Below are positions 1 through 8,821 of a DNA stretch of 64,000 nucleotides, piece by piece. Source of the stretch: an uncultured delta proteobacterium (lineage in GTDB: Bacteria; Desulfobacterota; Syntrophorhabdia; Syntrophorhabdales; WCHB1-27). The stretch covers positions 239,742 through 303,741 of the forward strand of contig CAWGRP010000019.1 in assembly GCA_963825005.1 (NCBI GenBank), in the 5' to 3' direction. The stretch's first letter is position 1. The number at the start of each line of letters is the position of its first letter. The notes under the pieces are model-generated. The model saw only the letters and a list, made by a program, of their open reading frames with translations, searched no databases and was not told the origin of the DNA. Position numbers and translations under genes: made by a program.

Positions 1-583
1 GTTCCCAGATCACGACCGCATCGACGGAACTACTGACGAGCGCTTCCTCCATGGCCGAGGGTGCGAGGTCCACCATCTCCACGTTTGAAAGGGAGATGGT
101 GTTGTGCCTCAGATAGGAGCCGAGGAAGAATTCACAGATGCTCCCGCGCGGCAAGCCTACCTTTTTGCCTTTCAGGTCGGAGAGTTTCTCTATCCCACGG
201 TCTTTCCGCGCTACCAGCCCCATGGGATGAGTATTGGCGATCTGGGCGAAGGTTCTGAGGTTGTCGTTGTCAAAACTCTTCCGTACCATGACGAATTCGG
301 TAGCAGTGGCAACATCCACCGCTCCGGCAAGAAGAGCGTTGACGGCGGGCACACCCGTCTCGTAGGCATCGGTGGCCACCACGTTAATCCCGCGCTGTTT
401 GAAAAAGCCCTTCTCATCCGCTATGTGGACCAGGCCTGCTATCGGATGTGTTAGACCCCCGATCCTCACGGTCTCGAGTGAATCGGCCTTCTGCGCGCAG
501 CCTGTGAGCAGGCCGACAGCCATAGCGATCGCGGCAAGAAAGACCACGATTAGACCTGAGCGAATAACCCTTTTGTGCCTCAT
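1..583 (-). CDS. ABC-transporter periplasmic substrate-binding lipoprotein, NMT1/THI5 (SsuA/TauA-like) family; C-terminus lies beyond the window start
   Basis: Not in the ORF track because it is open to base 1. Manual minus-strand translation from ATG 583-581 gives MRHKRVIRSGLIVVFLAAIAMAVGLLTGCAQKADSLETVRIGG...DEKGFFKQRGINVV. Lipobox LLTGC. Clear paralog of ORFs 696..1544 and 1824..2819. Confidence 0.7.
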   Translation of the reverse strand, partial: MRHKRVIRSGLIVVFLAAIAMAVGLLTGCAQKADSLETVRIGGLTHPIAGLVHIADEKGFFKQRGINVVATDAYETGVPAVNALLAGAVDVATATEFVMVRKSFDNDNLRTFAQIANTHPMGLVARKDRGIEKLSDLKGKKVGLPRGSICEFFLGSYLRHNTISLSNVEMVDLAPSAMEEALVSSSVDAVVIWE

Positions 584-695
584 CCTACTGTTTCACTGAT
601 CGACATTCTTACGCAAACCTGAATCATGTCACTCGTAATGTCTGGACCCGGGACACCCGTGATCCGAGTGCAAGCCCAGGCCCCTGGACCCATAC

Positions 696-1544
696 TTAAT
701 GGACAATGCTCACCGCCTCCGGCTTCACCTTATCAAGCGCTTTGAAATAAAAGAAGTCGAGATAATTGGGCATCTCTTTGCTTTGTACAAGGTTGTTCCG
801 GATTGCCCACTTTGCCTCGCGCTCCATGAGGACGACCATATCCTGGCTCAGCTGAAGCTGGTAACGGGAACGGGACCACGCTGAAAGGAAGGACTCGCTA
901 TCGGCCTTGAACCTGTTGCGTACGATAGTTTGTGCCCGGTCCGGGTATTTCGAGACAAAGGCTTCTGCATCGGAAAGGGCAGCCAGGAACCGCTCCACCG
1001 TTTTTGGCTGCTTTCTTAAGAACCCTTCTTTTGCGAAGAGTACGAAATAGTAGTCCTGCCCGCTTTGAGCCGGCCAGAGGGCGCCGTTCGCGCCCAGTTG
1101 TTTCCGCATCTCGGTGGTGTGAGGCGGCCAGCAGAGCGCTGCGTCTATCGTCCCATCGGCCATCGCCCTGACCATTTCAGAAGGTGTGTGGTAGACGACT
1201 TGAACGCTCCCGGCCGGGATGCGGTTGAAGATGAGATAGTTGTAAAGAAAGAATTCGGGCCCACTGCCACGGGTGACGGCGACGCGCTTCCCCTTCAGGT
1301 CCTGCGGCTGGGCAATGCCGCGATCTTTTCTCACCACAAGCTCGTAGTCGGACGATATAGAGATGGTGGCCAGCATTCTTAGATCGGGGTGCTTAAAACT
1401 CTGCAAGACGAAGACAAAATCGCCGGCGGTGGCGATATCGATCTTGTCCGCTATGAGATCATTGGCCGCAAGGGTGCCCGCCTCGTACTCCTTTATGACG
1501 ACGTCAATGCCCTGTTTCTTGAAAAAGCCCTGACTTTCAGCCAC
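696..1544 (-). CDS. NMT1/THI5-like substrate-binding protein paralog. Its signal peptide (..KRKVPITIAAVVAGVLLLLGASVKQ) lies upstream in another frame (to about 1698), so there is an apparent 1-nt frameshift near 1605-1612.
   Basis: The 282-aa ORF aligns to both neighbours (..AESQGFFKKQGIDVV..IATAGDFVF..DLKGKRVAV). The in-frame upstream sequence NRPSAEPLRVGAGYRAVQSTLIYV has no start codon. A signal-peptide-like segment sits in the adjacent frame with GTG 1698 or TTG 1686. Confidence 0.7.
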   Translation of the reverse strand: MAESQGFFKKQGIDVVIKEYEAGTLAANDLIADKIDIATAGDFVFVLQSFKHPDLRMLATISISSDYELVVRKDRGIAQPQDLKGKRVAVTRGSGPEFFLYNYLIFNRIPAGSVQVVYHTPSEMVRAMADGTIDAALCWPPHTTEMRKQLGANGALWPAQSGQDYYFVLFAKEGFLRKQPKTVERFLAALSDAEAFVSKYPDRAQTIVRNRFKADSESFLSAWSRSRYQLQLSQDMVVLMEREAKWAIRNNLVQSKEMPNYLDFFYFKALDKVKPEAVSIVH

Positions 1545-1722
1545 ATAAATGAGGGTGGACTGAACAGCCCGATAACCCGCGCCAACCCGCAGCGGCTCCG
1601 CAGACGGCCTGTTTTACTGACGCCCCAAGCAACAGCAGCACTCCGGCAACTACGGCAGCGATGGTAATCGGAACCTTTCTTTTCAAAACCCCTTCCACGA
1701 ACCTCTCCAAAGCACTATTTCC

Positions 1723-1799
1723 GTCATTCCGGCGGAAGCCGGTATCCAGTCATGCAATCGTCTAATACACTCTGGATTCCGGCCTACGCCGGAATGACG
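1723..1799. repeat. Two inverted copies of a REP-like hairpin unit: GTCATTCCGGCGgaaGCCGGtATCCAG (1723-1749) and CTGGATTCCGGCctaCGCCGGAATGACG (1772-1799)
   Basis: Each unit is itself a hairpin (ATTCCGGC/GCCGGAAT). The two units are reverse complements of each other. The same unit recurs at 8573-8600. Confidence 0.8.
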
Positions 1800-1823
1800 A
1801 CAAAAGGCAGATCCTCCACAGGC

Positions 1824-2819
1824 TCAGTGAATCACCCCCACCGCATCGGACTTTACCGCCTTCAGCGGTTTCAAATCAATCATATCCAGATAGTTCGGCA
1901 TCTCTTTTCTTTCGGTCAGGTTGTTCCTGATCATCCATTGCGCCTCTGCTTCCATGAGCGTAATCAGGTCCTGGTCCAATCTCACCTCATACTTGTTCTC
2001 AGGCCATCCCCTGCGTACCTGGTCGATCGTCAATCCTGTTTCCTTCGCAATGATCTGCATCGCTTCGTCGGGATGCTGCCGCACAAAAGCCTCCGCATCA
2101 AGCATTGTTTTCAGGAGGCGCGTGATCACGTCAGGTTTGTCCCTGAGCACGTCATCGCGCGTAACAACGAGCCCGTAGTAGTCGGTCCTCCCATAGGACC
2201 GGAGAACTATGGCGTCATTCCCGAGATAATCCGTGATGCGATCTATGAAAGGAGATGTAACGCAGGCAGCATTCACGGTGCCCTTCTTCATGGCCTCCAC
2301 CACTTCTTCATGCGGAAGATAAACTATATTGAGCCTTTGATAGGCTACCCCGTTACGCTGGCAGTACGCCACAAGAAAGAATTCTGAAACCGTGCCTTTC
2401 GGGACTGCTACTTTCTTGCCTACCAGATCAGCGGGGTTCACGATTCCGGAGTCACGTCTGGCAATGATCTGCATGCCCCCGCCTTTTGCGATTGTTCCCA
2501 CCACTTTGAGATTCAGGTTTTTGACACTGTTGGCCACAAAAGCAAAATCACCGGCACTTGCTATATCGGCTTGGTGCGACACCAGGTCTCTCAGGCCAAG
2601 GGGCCCCGACTGGTACTTGCTGATTGAAGCCGAAAGACCGTTCTTCTGGTACAGATCCCGGCTGCCCGCTACAAAGATAAGGCCTGCCAAGTTCGCATAG
2701 GTAGCAGCGATTGTCACCTGCTCGCGCTTGGCAGGAGCGCACCGGGGCAAGATGATCAGCGGCACGCTCAGGCAAACCATCGCGACCGCTGCGAGGATAG
2801 TCTTTTGGCGTCGTATCAT
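1824..2819 (-). CDS. NMT1/THI5-like ABC-transporter substrate-binding protein with N-terminal signal anchor
   Basis: 331-aa ORF. Hydrophobic N-terminus ILAAVAMVCLSVPLIIL. Paralogous to the two downstream genes (..IASAGDFAFV..DLVGKKVAVPKGT..). Confidence 0.75.
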   Translation of the reverse strand: MIRRQKTILAAVAMVCLSVPLIILPRCAPAKREQVTIAATYANLAGLIFVAGSRDLYQKNGLSASISKYQSGPLGLRDLVSHQADIASAGDFAFVANSVKNLNLKVVGTIAKGGGMQIIARRDSGIVNPADLVGKKVAVPKGTVSEFFLVAYCQRNGVAYQRLNIVYLPHEEVVEAMKKGTVNAACVTSPFIDRITDYLGNDAIVLRSYGRTDYYGLVVTRDDVLRDKPDVITRLLKTMLDAEAFVRQHPDEAMQIIAKETGLTIDQVRRGWPENKYEVRLDQDLITLMEAEAQWMIRNNLTERKEMPNYLDMIDLKPLKAVKSDAVGVIH

Positions 2820-2887
2820 ACGATTTTCTTAGGGGTTTTCTAGTATAAGCACGAATATAAATGATGGCAAGCAGAAAGCGTCACCTG

Positions 2888-3631
2888 TCAAAACATCCCC
2901 GGTATCATTCGCCAGCGGACCTTTGCGCAATATTCAACGTACCCCGGCAGGTTCCTGGCGAGAAACGTCTCTTCGTCCAGAAGACGCCATATGAGGGCGG
3001 GCAGCACGGCCACGAATGCGAGAAGTCCCCAGTACGAGCCGAGCGCAAACGGTGTGCCGATGAATAAGAGCGAGCCTCCCGCGTACATCGGATGGCGCAC
3101 ATACGCATAAGGTCCCGTGGAGATGACTTTCTGATCTTCGGCGATCTCGATTGTCGCTGAACCGAAAGGGTTCTCCCTGAAGACTATAAACATGACATAG
3201 AAGCAGAGCGCCGTCAGCAGGTCGCCCGCGATGATCCCGAAGAGCGGCACGCGTGACCAGGCGAAGCGGTGATCGAGCGCCGGCACAACGAGCAAGGCAA
3301 TGAATCCGGCTGATGCAATGAGCATGATGATCTTTTGCGTCATCTCTTTCTCCGCAGTCGGCCCTCCACTCAAACGACGCTTGAGAAGTGCAGGATCTTT
3401 CTTCATGAGGTAGAGCGTGATCGCGAACGACGCCGTGAAATAGACGGCCAGGTACACCCATGCCTGCCAGTAGTGAACAGTCCCCGCCGTACCAAAAAGC
3501 AGGAGGCTCATGGCAAGAGCAAGAAAGATAAAGCCGAGCCAGGCCTTGGTATTGAGATAGGGTGTTGCGCTCACGTAGTGCCTCTCTTTAACAGAGCTAT
3601 TCACCTGCGTGCATCTGCGATGAAGATGCAA
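2888..3631 (-). CDS. Isoprenylcysteine carboxyl methyltransferase (ICMT)/phospholipid methyltransferase-family membrane protein
   Basis: Multi-TM ORF with the family-typical C-terminal block GPYAYVRHPMYAGGSLLFIGTPFALGSYWGLL. The true start may be an internal GTG (about 3574-3592). Confidence 0.7.
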   Translation of the reverse strand: MHLHRRCTQVNSSVKERHYVSATPYLNTKAWLGFIFLALAMSLLLFGTAGTVHYWQAWVYLAVYFTASFAITLYLMKKDPALLKRRLSGGPTAEKEMTQKIIMLIASAGFIALLVVPALDHRFAWSRVPLFGIIAGDLLTALCFYVMFIVFRENPFGSATIEIAEDQKVISTGPYAYVRHPMYAGGSLLFIGTPFALGSYWGLLAFVAVLPALIWRLLDEETFLARNLPGYVEYCAKVRWRMIPGMF

Positions 3632-3734
3632 TCCCTCATGCTAAAGATAGGTTTGATTTTGCGAAGCGCAAGGAAAATAAGACCGTTGAACACGAGGTTA
3701 TGCATTCAACCGCAGCAATCCGGTCAGGGTCGGA

Positions 3735-4916
3735 TCACGTAAGGAACGCGGCCGGCTCCTTCGAAAGAAACTCCTCGATGGGTATGCCCGGCCCACCCAC
3801 AAGCAGTGATCGCGCCCTGGGATAACGAGCACGGAACCGTTCCAACCCTGAGGTTTTTACGCTTCTTCCGCTTTTTACCTCAATTGCCCAGGTATCCTTA
3901 CCGCGGGAGACCACGAAATCAACCTCCTTATCTCCGACTCGCCAATACGTGAGGCTATATTCGACCGAGTTTAAATGATTGCAAAGGTGAGCGCCGACTG
4001 CATTCTCGACCAAGCGCCCCCACCAGATAGGATCGGCAAGCGACTCATTGAGTGTGCGTGTGGACAGAGCATTCACCAGGGCATTGTTCCAGAGAACAAG
4101 CTTTGGACTGCTTCCTCTCTTGCGCTGCATGCCGCGGGAATATAGCTCCAATCCGCTCAGCAAAAAGGCAGATTCCAGTATCCGGAGATAATGTGCCAGG
4201 GTGGTGGTATTTCCTGCATCGTGCAATTGCCCGAGCATCTTGGTGTACGACACTGACTGTGCTGGGAGCGTGGCCGCGAGCGCGAAGAGATGGCGGAGCA
4301 GAGCCGGCTTGGCGATTCTGGCCATTTGAAACACGTCGCGCGCAAGGACTGTCTCAATGAGGGAATCGGTAATGTAACGCTTCCACGTTGTTTCATCGTC
4401 TGCGAACGGGACAGCGCCCGGGTACCCGCCGAAGTAAAGCCACTGGTTCAGACTCCAGCCAAAGGCCTTCCGGCACTCCGGAAATCCCCAGTGGGTGCAA
4501 CGATGGAGAAAAAATCTGCCCGCAAGACTCTCGGTAAGCCCCTCCTGCATAAGAAGGGCCGACGAACCAAGAATCAGCACCCGGATCTCCGGTTTAGCAG
4601 CCCGGTTGTCCCATGCAAATTTAAGGGCTTCGCTCCAACCCTTCACCTTCTGCAGCTCGTCCAGAATGATAAGTACCGGTCCGCGCCCCGAGGACTCAGC
4701 GACAGCGCGCCGCCACTGAGTGTCAATCCAGGCAGCGTCAAGGGGGAGCGGGCTGTCTGCTGATGCGTATAAAACAGGGAAGGACAGGGAATCTTTAATC
4801 TGGAGAGCGATGGTGGTCTTTCCCACCTGCCGCGCGCCAATCAGGACATGAATCACTGGTGTGGGACGCGTAAGTACCGCCCGCAGTGTGCCCACAAGGG
4901 GACGCTCATACTTCAT
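3735..4916 (-). CDS. AAA+ ATPase with DUF4143-like C-terminal domain
   Basis: Walker A GARQVGKTT and Walker B ILDELQK. The overall layout is typical of the ATP-binding protein/DUF4143 family. Confidence 0.75.
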   Translation of the reverse strand: MKYERPLVGTLRAVLTRPTPVIHVLIGARQVGKTTIALQIKDSLSFPVLYASADSPLPLDAAWIDTQWRRAVAESSGRGPVLIILDELQKVKGWSEALKFAWDNRAAKPEIRVLILGSSALLMQEGLTESLAGRFFLHRCTHWGFPECRKAFGWSLNQWLYFGGYPGAVPFADDETTWKRYITDSLIETVLARDVFQMARIAKPALLRHLFALAATLPAQSVSYTKMLGQLHDAGNTTTLAHYLRILESAFLLSGLELYSRGMQRKRGSSPKLVLWNNALVNALSTRTLNESLADPIWWGRLVENAVGAHLCNHLNSVEYSLTYWRVGDKEVDFVVSRGKDTWAIEVKSGRSVKTSGLERFRARYPRARSLLVGGPGIPIEEFLSKEPAAFLT

Positions 4917-4956
4917 CTGCTTTTTATATCACATTGCATTCGATCATGCAAACAAA

Positions 4957-4995
4957 TTACTCAATGACTGAGTATTTTTACTCAATGACTGAGTA
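4957..4995. promoter_or_regulatory. Operator-like site: two tandem copies (period 21 nt) of TTACTCAATGACTGAGTA, each containing the inverted repeat TACTCA-N5-TGAGTA
   Basis: Exact 18-nt duplication at 4957-4974 and 4978-4995, 41-79 nt upstream of the AAA+ ATPase start at 4916. Confidence 0.45.
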
Positions 4996-5015
4996 GTACG
5001 GTATTGAGATTCGGA

Positions 5016-5456
5016 TCACCGGAGCGATGCGGGTCGGGCTTCGCCGACTGCAACGCCTGCGGGCATGGTGTAGGGTGCTATGCGTATCTCTTTTTCCCCT
5101 ATCATTCCTGAGAGACTGTCGTGAAGTCTTCCGAGTATAACAGGTGCTGCCGCATCGATGGAATCGCGCATGCTGCCGAATTCGCTGAAGAGGATACCCA
5201 GAACTTCACCCTCCATGTACCATCCCTTTGCGTCTATCTCCCTGGTTGAAGATGAGAGAACGGCTGAAATCTGTTCTACGGAGGCCGGCGGCGTTTCTCC
5301 CGATCCGCGGCCCGAGACGTCGACGAGAACGAGGAGAAAGGATGCCCCCGATCTCAGGCTCCTGAAATTTTCGCGTTGAATCGCTTCGTGAAACGTTCCC
5401 ATGTCGTGCAACGCATAACCGGATGAAGCCGGCCTTTGCGATATGTTTCCGTTCAT
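5016..5456 (-). CDS. Stand-alone degenerate GGDEF-like domain protein. The A-site GG(D/E)EF is replaced by MEGEV and an RxxD (REID) is retained five residues upstream.
   Basis: The ORF track runs to 5480, but ATG 5456 is preceded by AAGGAGGA (5461-5468). The GGDEF-fold pattern is FLLVLVDVSG...REIDAKGWYMEGEVLGILFSEF. Confidence 0.5.
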   Translation of the reverse strand: MNGNISQRPASSGYALHDMGTFHEAIQRENFRSLRSGASFLLVLVDVSGRGSGETPPASVEQISAVLSSSTREIDAKGWYMEGEVLGILFSEFGSMRDSIDAAAPVILGRLHDSLSGMIGEKEIRIAPYTMPAGVAVGEARPASLR

Positions 5457-5869
5457 GACATCCTCCTTAAAAATAACCATAAGGCTGCTTCACTTCAAGT
5501 TGCGTGCCGCACTTTCTATTTCAGGTCGATGACGCCAATCTTCAGAGTTGGAAAGGATTTACGTGACGGAACCGAGAAAGCGCAGGGTACGAGGCTGGCC
5601 TGTGCTTGCAGGACATGTCCTCTTTAGAGGACTCCTCCGTGAGCGTCTGAGACAGCGTCTGATGACTATTGACAAATGTGGAACGCGACAACATCTTTTA
5701 CTCAGGATTATTCCTTCACCCGTCCCGCTGCCCGCGCCGGCTGAAAGATCGTCGCTCGGATGTGCGACTGACCGGCAGGACATTCGGTTGCCTCCGGCGA
5801 GGCGAGCGGCGAATGCGAACGGTCTTGGCATTTTTTGACAGAACTCTGCTGTTTCATGGGAGGTCACCC

Positions 5870-6004
5870 ATGATAGTAGCGTACACTCATAGTGCGATCA
5901 TCTCTTTGCTGGCCGGGATCCTGATTCTTATCATGCCAAGACTGCTTAATTATATCGTTGCGCTCTACCTTATTATCACCGGGCTCCTGGCTTTAATCCG
6001 CTGA
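5870..6004 (+). CDS. DUF3096-like small membrane protein (44 aa)
   Basis: MIVAYTHSAIISLLAGILILIMPRLLNYIVALYLIITGLLALIR. ATG 5870 is preceded by GGGAGG (5858-5863). The core ILILIMPRLLNYIVA is typical of this family. Confidence 0.65.
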   Translation: MIVAYTHSAIISLLAGILILIMPRLLNYIVALYLIITGLLALIR

Positions 6005-6081
6005 GCATTCGCTATTGCGGCTGTTCGCTCTGCGGAAGGTGTCTTTTGGGGAGCCCTACGCAAAAGCTTTGAGAGGTACGC

Positions 6082-7317
6082 ATGGATCGGTTCATATGCA
6101 TTCACGGTCATTTCTATCAGCCGCCCCGGGAGAATCCCTGGCTCGAGGCGATAGAAATCCAGGATTCGGCGTATCCGTACCACGACTGGAACGAGAGGAT
6201 CACGGCAGAATGCTATGCGCCCAACTCTGTTTCCAGAATCGTGGACAGCGACAACCGCATCGTTGACATCGTCGGGAACTACGCCAAGATAAGCTTCAAT
6301 TTCGGCCCCACGCTCCTTTCATGGATGCAGACGAACGCGCCGAATGCATATCAGGCTATCATCGATGCCGACCGCGATAGCAGTGAGGCGCGCTCGGGCC
6401 ACGGCAACGCACTTGCGCAGGCTTATGGCCATCTCATCATGCCTCTCGCAAACAAGCGGGACAAACGCACGCAGGTAAAATGGGGCCTTAGAGATTTCGA
6501 ATACCGGTTCGGCCACGCACCTGAGGGCATGTGGCTTCCGGAGACCGCCGTCGACTTAGAGACGCTCGACATCATGGCCGAGCACGGCATCAGGTTTACT
6601 ATCCTTGCTCCGCATCAGGCGGCCAAAATAAAAAGTCTCAAGGCGAAGCAATGGGAGGACGTCAGCGGCTCCCGCATCGATCCGACGAGGGCCTATCTGT
6701 GCAGGCTGCCGTCGGGTCGTAGTATCAACATCCTCTTTTACGACGGGCCGATATCAAAGGCAGTTGCATTCGAGAACATACTCAACTCCGGAGAAGATTT
6801 CGTCAATCGTCTGCTCACCGGTTTCTCGGATCAGAGAGGGTGGGCGCAAATCTGCCACATCGCGACAGACGGCGAGACCTACGGCCACCATCACAAGTTT
6901 GGGGACATGGCTCTCGCCTTTGCGCTTCACCAGATAGAAGCGAGAGGTATCGCCAAACTCACCAATTACGGCGAGTACCTGGAAAAATATCCTCCCGCGC
7001 ATGAGGTATGGATAATCGACAACACGTCATGGAGCTGCGCCCACGGTGTAGAACGATGGCGAGCCGATTGCGGATGTAATTCCGGAGGGCACGCAGGCTG
7101 GAACCAGGCGTGGAGAACGCCGCTTCGGGAAACATTCGATTGGCTGAGAGATAGATTGGTTGATCCGTTCGTCGCGAAATCGGAAGGTCTGCTCAAGGAC
7201 CCATGGGCGGCCAGAGACGATTACGTGGATGTCATACTCGACCGGACGGATGAGAACATAGAGAAGTTCTTGCAGGCGCATGCTGCAAAGGAACTCGACG
7301 CAAGCCGACAAGAATAG
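6082..7317 (+). CDS. Glycoside hydrolase family 57 (alpha-amylase/glucanotransferase-like), N-terminal catalytic part of a frameshifted gene
   Basis: GH57 signature ICIHGHFYQPPRENPW and ..ATDGETYGHHH... Ends at TAG 7315-7317 in the linker that normally continues into the part encoded by the next ORF. Confidence 0.8.
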   Translation: MDRFICIHGHFYQPPRENPWLEAIEIQDSAYPYHDWNERITAECYAPNSVSRIVDSDNRIVDIVGNYAKISFNFGPTLLSWMQTNAPNAYQAIIDADRDSSEARSGHGNALAQAYGHLIMPLANKRDKRTQVKWGLRDFEYRFGHAPEGMWLPETAVDLETLDIMAEHGIRFTILAPHQAAKIKSLKAKQWEDVSGSRIDPTRAYLCRLPSGRSINILFYDGPISKAVAFENILNSGEDFVNRLLTGFSDQRGWAQICHIATDGETYGHHHKFGDMALAFALHQIEARGIAKLTNYGEYLEKYPPAHEVWIIDNTSWSCAHGVERWRADCGCNSGGHAGWNQAWRTPLRETFDWLRDRLVDPFVAKSEGLLKDPWAARDDYVDVILDRTDENIEKFLQAHAAKELDASRQE

Positions 7318-8521
7318 TGTGCTCAAGCTCATGGAGATGCAGCGACATCTTATGTTGATGTACACGAGCTGCGGCTGGTTCTTTGATGAGCTTTCGGGCA
7401 TTGAGACTGTTCAGGTGATTCATTACGCGGGCAGGGCAATCCAGCTCGCCCGGGACCTATTCGGCCTGACGCTTGAGGATGAATTCAAGGTGAGGCTCGC
7501 GTCCGCAAAGAGCAACCTGAGTGAGGTGGGGGACGGCGCGCGCGTCTATGATAGATTTGTGAAGCCGGCAATGGTCGATCTCGGGAACGTAGCCGCGCAC
7601 TATGCGATCAGCTCTTTGATCGAAGAGTATGACAACCCCGCGCGGATTTACTGTTACAACGTCGACAGGGAGGATTACCAGAAACTGCAAACCGGTCAGG
7701 CACGACTTGCCCTGGGCCGCATCGGCGTCGCCTCGACGATTACCCGGGAGACAGAAGTTGCCGGTTTTTCCGTGCTTCATCTGGGTGGACATATCTTCAA
7801 CGGAGGGGTGGAGGCCCGCCTTGATGAGGGCGCCTATCAGTCGATGAAAGAGGAGATGGTCGCTGCTTTTGAAAAGGGGTCGTTTGCCGACATCATCAGG
7901 CTTATCGATCGCCGCTCCGGGATGCAGACGTACTCTCTCCTCAACCTTTTCAGAGACGAACAGAGAAAAATATTGCTCCACGTCATCGACGAGACGCTGG
8001 AAGGGTCAGAGCATGCGTATCGAATCATGTATGAGAATAGTCGTGTCTTGATGCTCTTTGTGCAGGACGCCGGAATGACTGTACCGAAGACGTTTCTCGC
8101 ATCAGCGGAGTTTGTCCTCAACCGGGAGATCAAACAGGCACTCGAGAAGGAGCCGATAGACCTGGAGCAGATCAGAAAGGCACTCGCTGAAATTACACGA
8201 TGGCGCCTTTCGCTGAACGAGGTTGAGGTTGAGTTCAACGTCAGACGAAAGCTGGACGAGATGGTTGACCGATTGCGCGAGTTTCACGCGGATCTTTCTT
8301 TGCTCTCGCAGATCCATGCACTGACAGCACTCTTGCCGTCGCTGCCTTTCCTGGTAAACACCTGGTACCTTCAGAATAGATATTTTGATTTGGTCAAAGA
8401 CGTTTACGGCGGCATGCTTTCAAAAGCGCAAACAGGCGATAGTGACGCGGCAAAATGGATAGAGACGTTTACCGCAATAGGCAAGGCGCTGAGCTTTAAC
8501 ACCGACGCAGTCCTGCACTAA
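7280..8521 (+). CDS. C-terminal (DUF3536-like) part of the same GH57 protein, in the next reading frame
   Basis: ..NSVLKLMEMQRHLMLMYTSCGWFFDELSGIETVQVIHYAGRAIQLA.. is the conserved continuation of long GH57 proteins. It overlaps the previous ORF by 38 nt in another frame. Confidence 0.75.
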   Translation: MLQRNSTQADKNSVLKLMEMQRHLMLMYTSCGWFFDELSGIETVQVIHYAGRAIQLARDLFGLTLEDEFKVRLASAKSNLSEVGDGARVYDRFVKPAMVDLGNVAAHYAISSLIEEYDNPARIYCYNVDREDYQKLQTGQARLALGRIGVASTITRETEVAGFSVLHLGGHIFNGGVEARLDEGAYQSMKEEMVAAFEKGSFADIIRLIDRRSGMQTYSLLNLFRDEQRKILLHVIDETLEGSEHAYRIMYENSRVLMLFVQDAGMTVPKTFLASAEFVLNREIKQALEKEPIDLEQIRKALAEITRWRLSLNEVEVEFNVRRKLDEMVDRLREFHADLSLLSQIHALTALLPSLPFLVNTWYLQNRYFDLVKDVYGGMLSKAQTGDSDAAKWIETFTAIGKALSFNTDAVLH

Positions 8522-8572
8522 TTGGTCTTTTAGACTTACTAACGAGGTCATGATTGTTTAGACATGTGAGAC

Positions 8573-8738
8573 CTGGATTCCGGCGTCCGCCGGAATGACG
8601 GGAAGACCTGAAAGATGTTCATCTATTTTCGCAAGCAACCAGTACCAACTTGCAAATGTTCCAGTGCGTCACCCCGGCGGACGCCGGGGTCCAAAGTTAC
8701 TGCAAGACACGGGATTCCGGGCGGACGCGGAGTCCCAG
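8573..8738. repeat. Cluster of three REP-like hairpin units: 8573-8600 CTGGATTCCGGCgtcCGCCGGAATGACG, 8668-8695 GTCACCCCGGCggaCGCCGGGGTCCAAAG, 8711-8738 GGGATTCCGGGCggaCGCGGAGTCCCAG
   Basis: Same architecture as 1723-1799. Stem sequences differ between units but keep their complementarity. The cluster lies between the convergent GH57 and glgB genes. Confidence 0.7.
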
Positions 8739-8821
8739 GTGAGATCCTAATGTCTACCCAATAGTGGACTCCATAATAAACCGGTTATTTAATTTAAGGG
8801 TGACCCACGACCCATGACCGG

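Noticed and set aside
1752-2387. A 211-aa plus-strand ORF beginning MQSSNTLWIPAYAGMTTKG.
   Set aside because: The N-terminus is a translation of the REP-like hairpin. The rest is antisense to the substrate-binding protein gene 1824..2819.
5669-5869. A possible riboswitch or leader in the ~200-nt region between a TTGACA-like hexamer (5669-5674) and the DUF3096-like gene.
   Set aside because: I could not recognise any known riboswitch core or a convincing terminator/antiterminator pair. The evidence is too weak to call.
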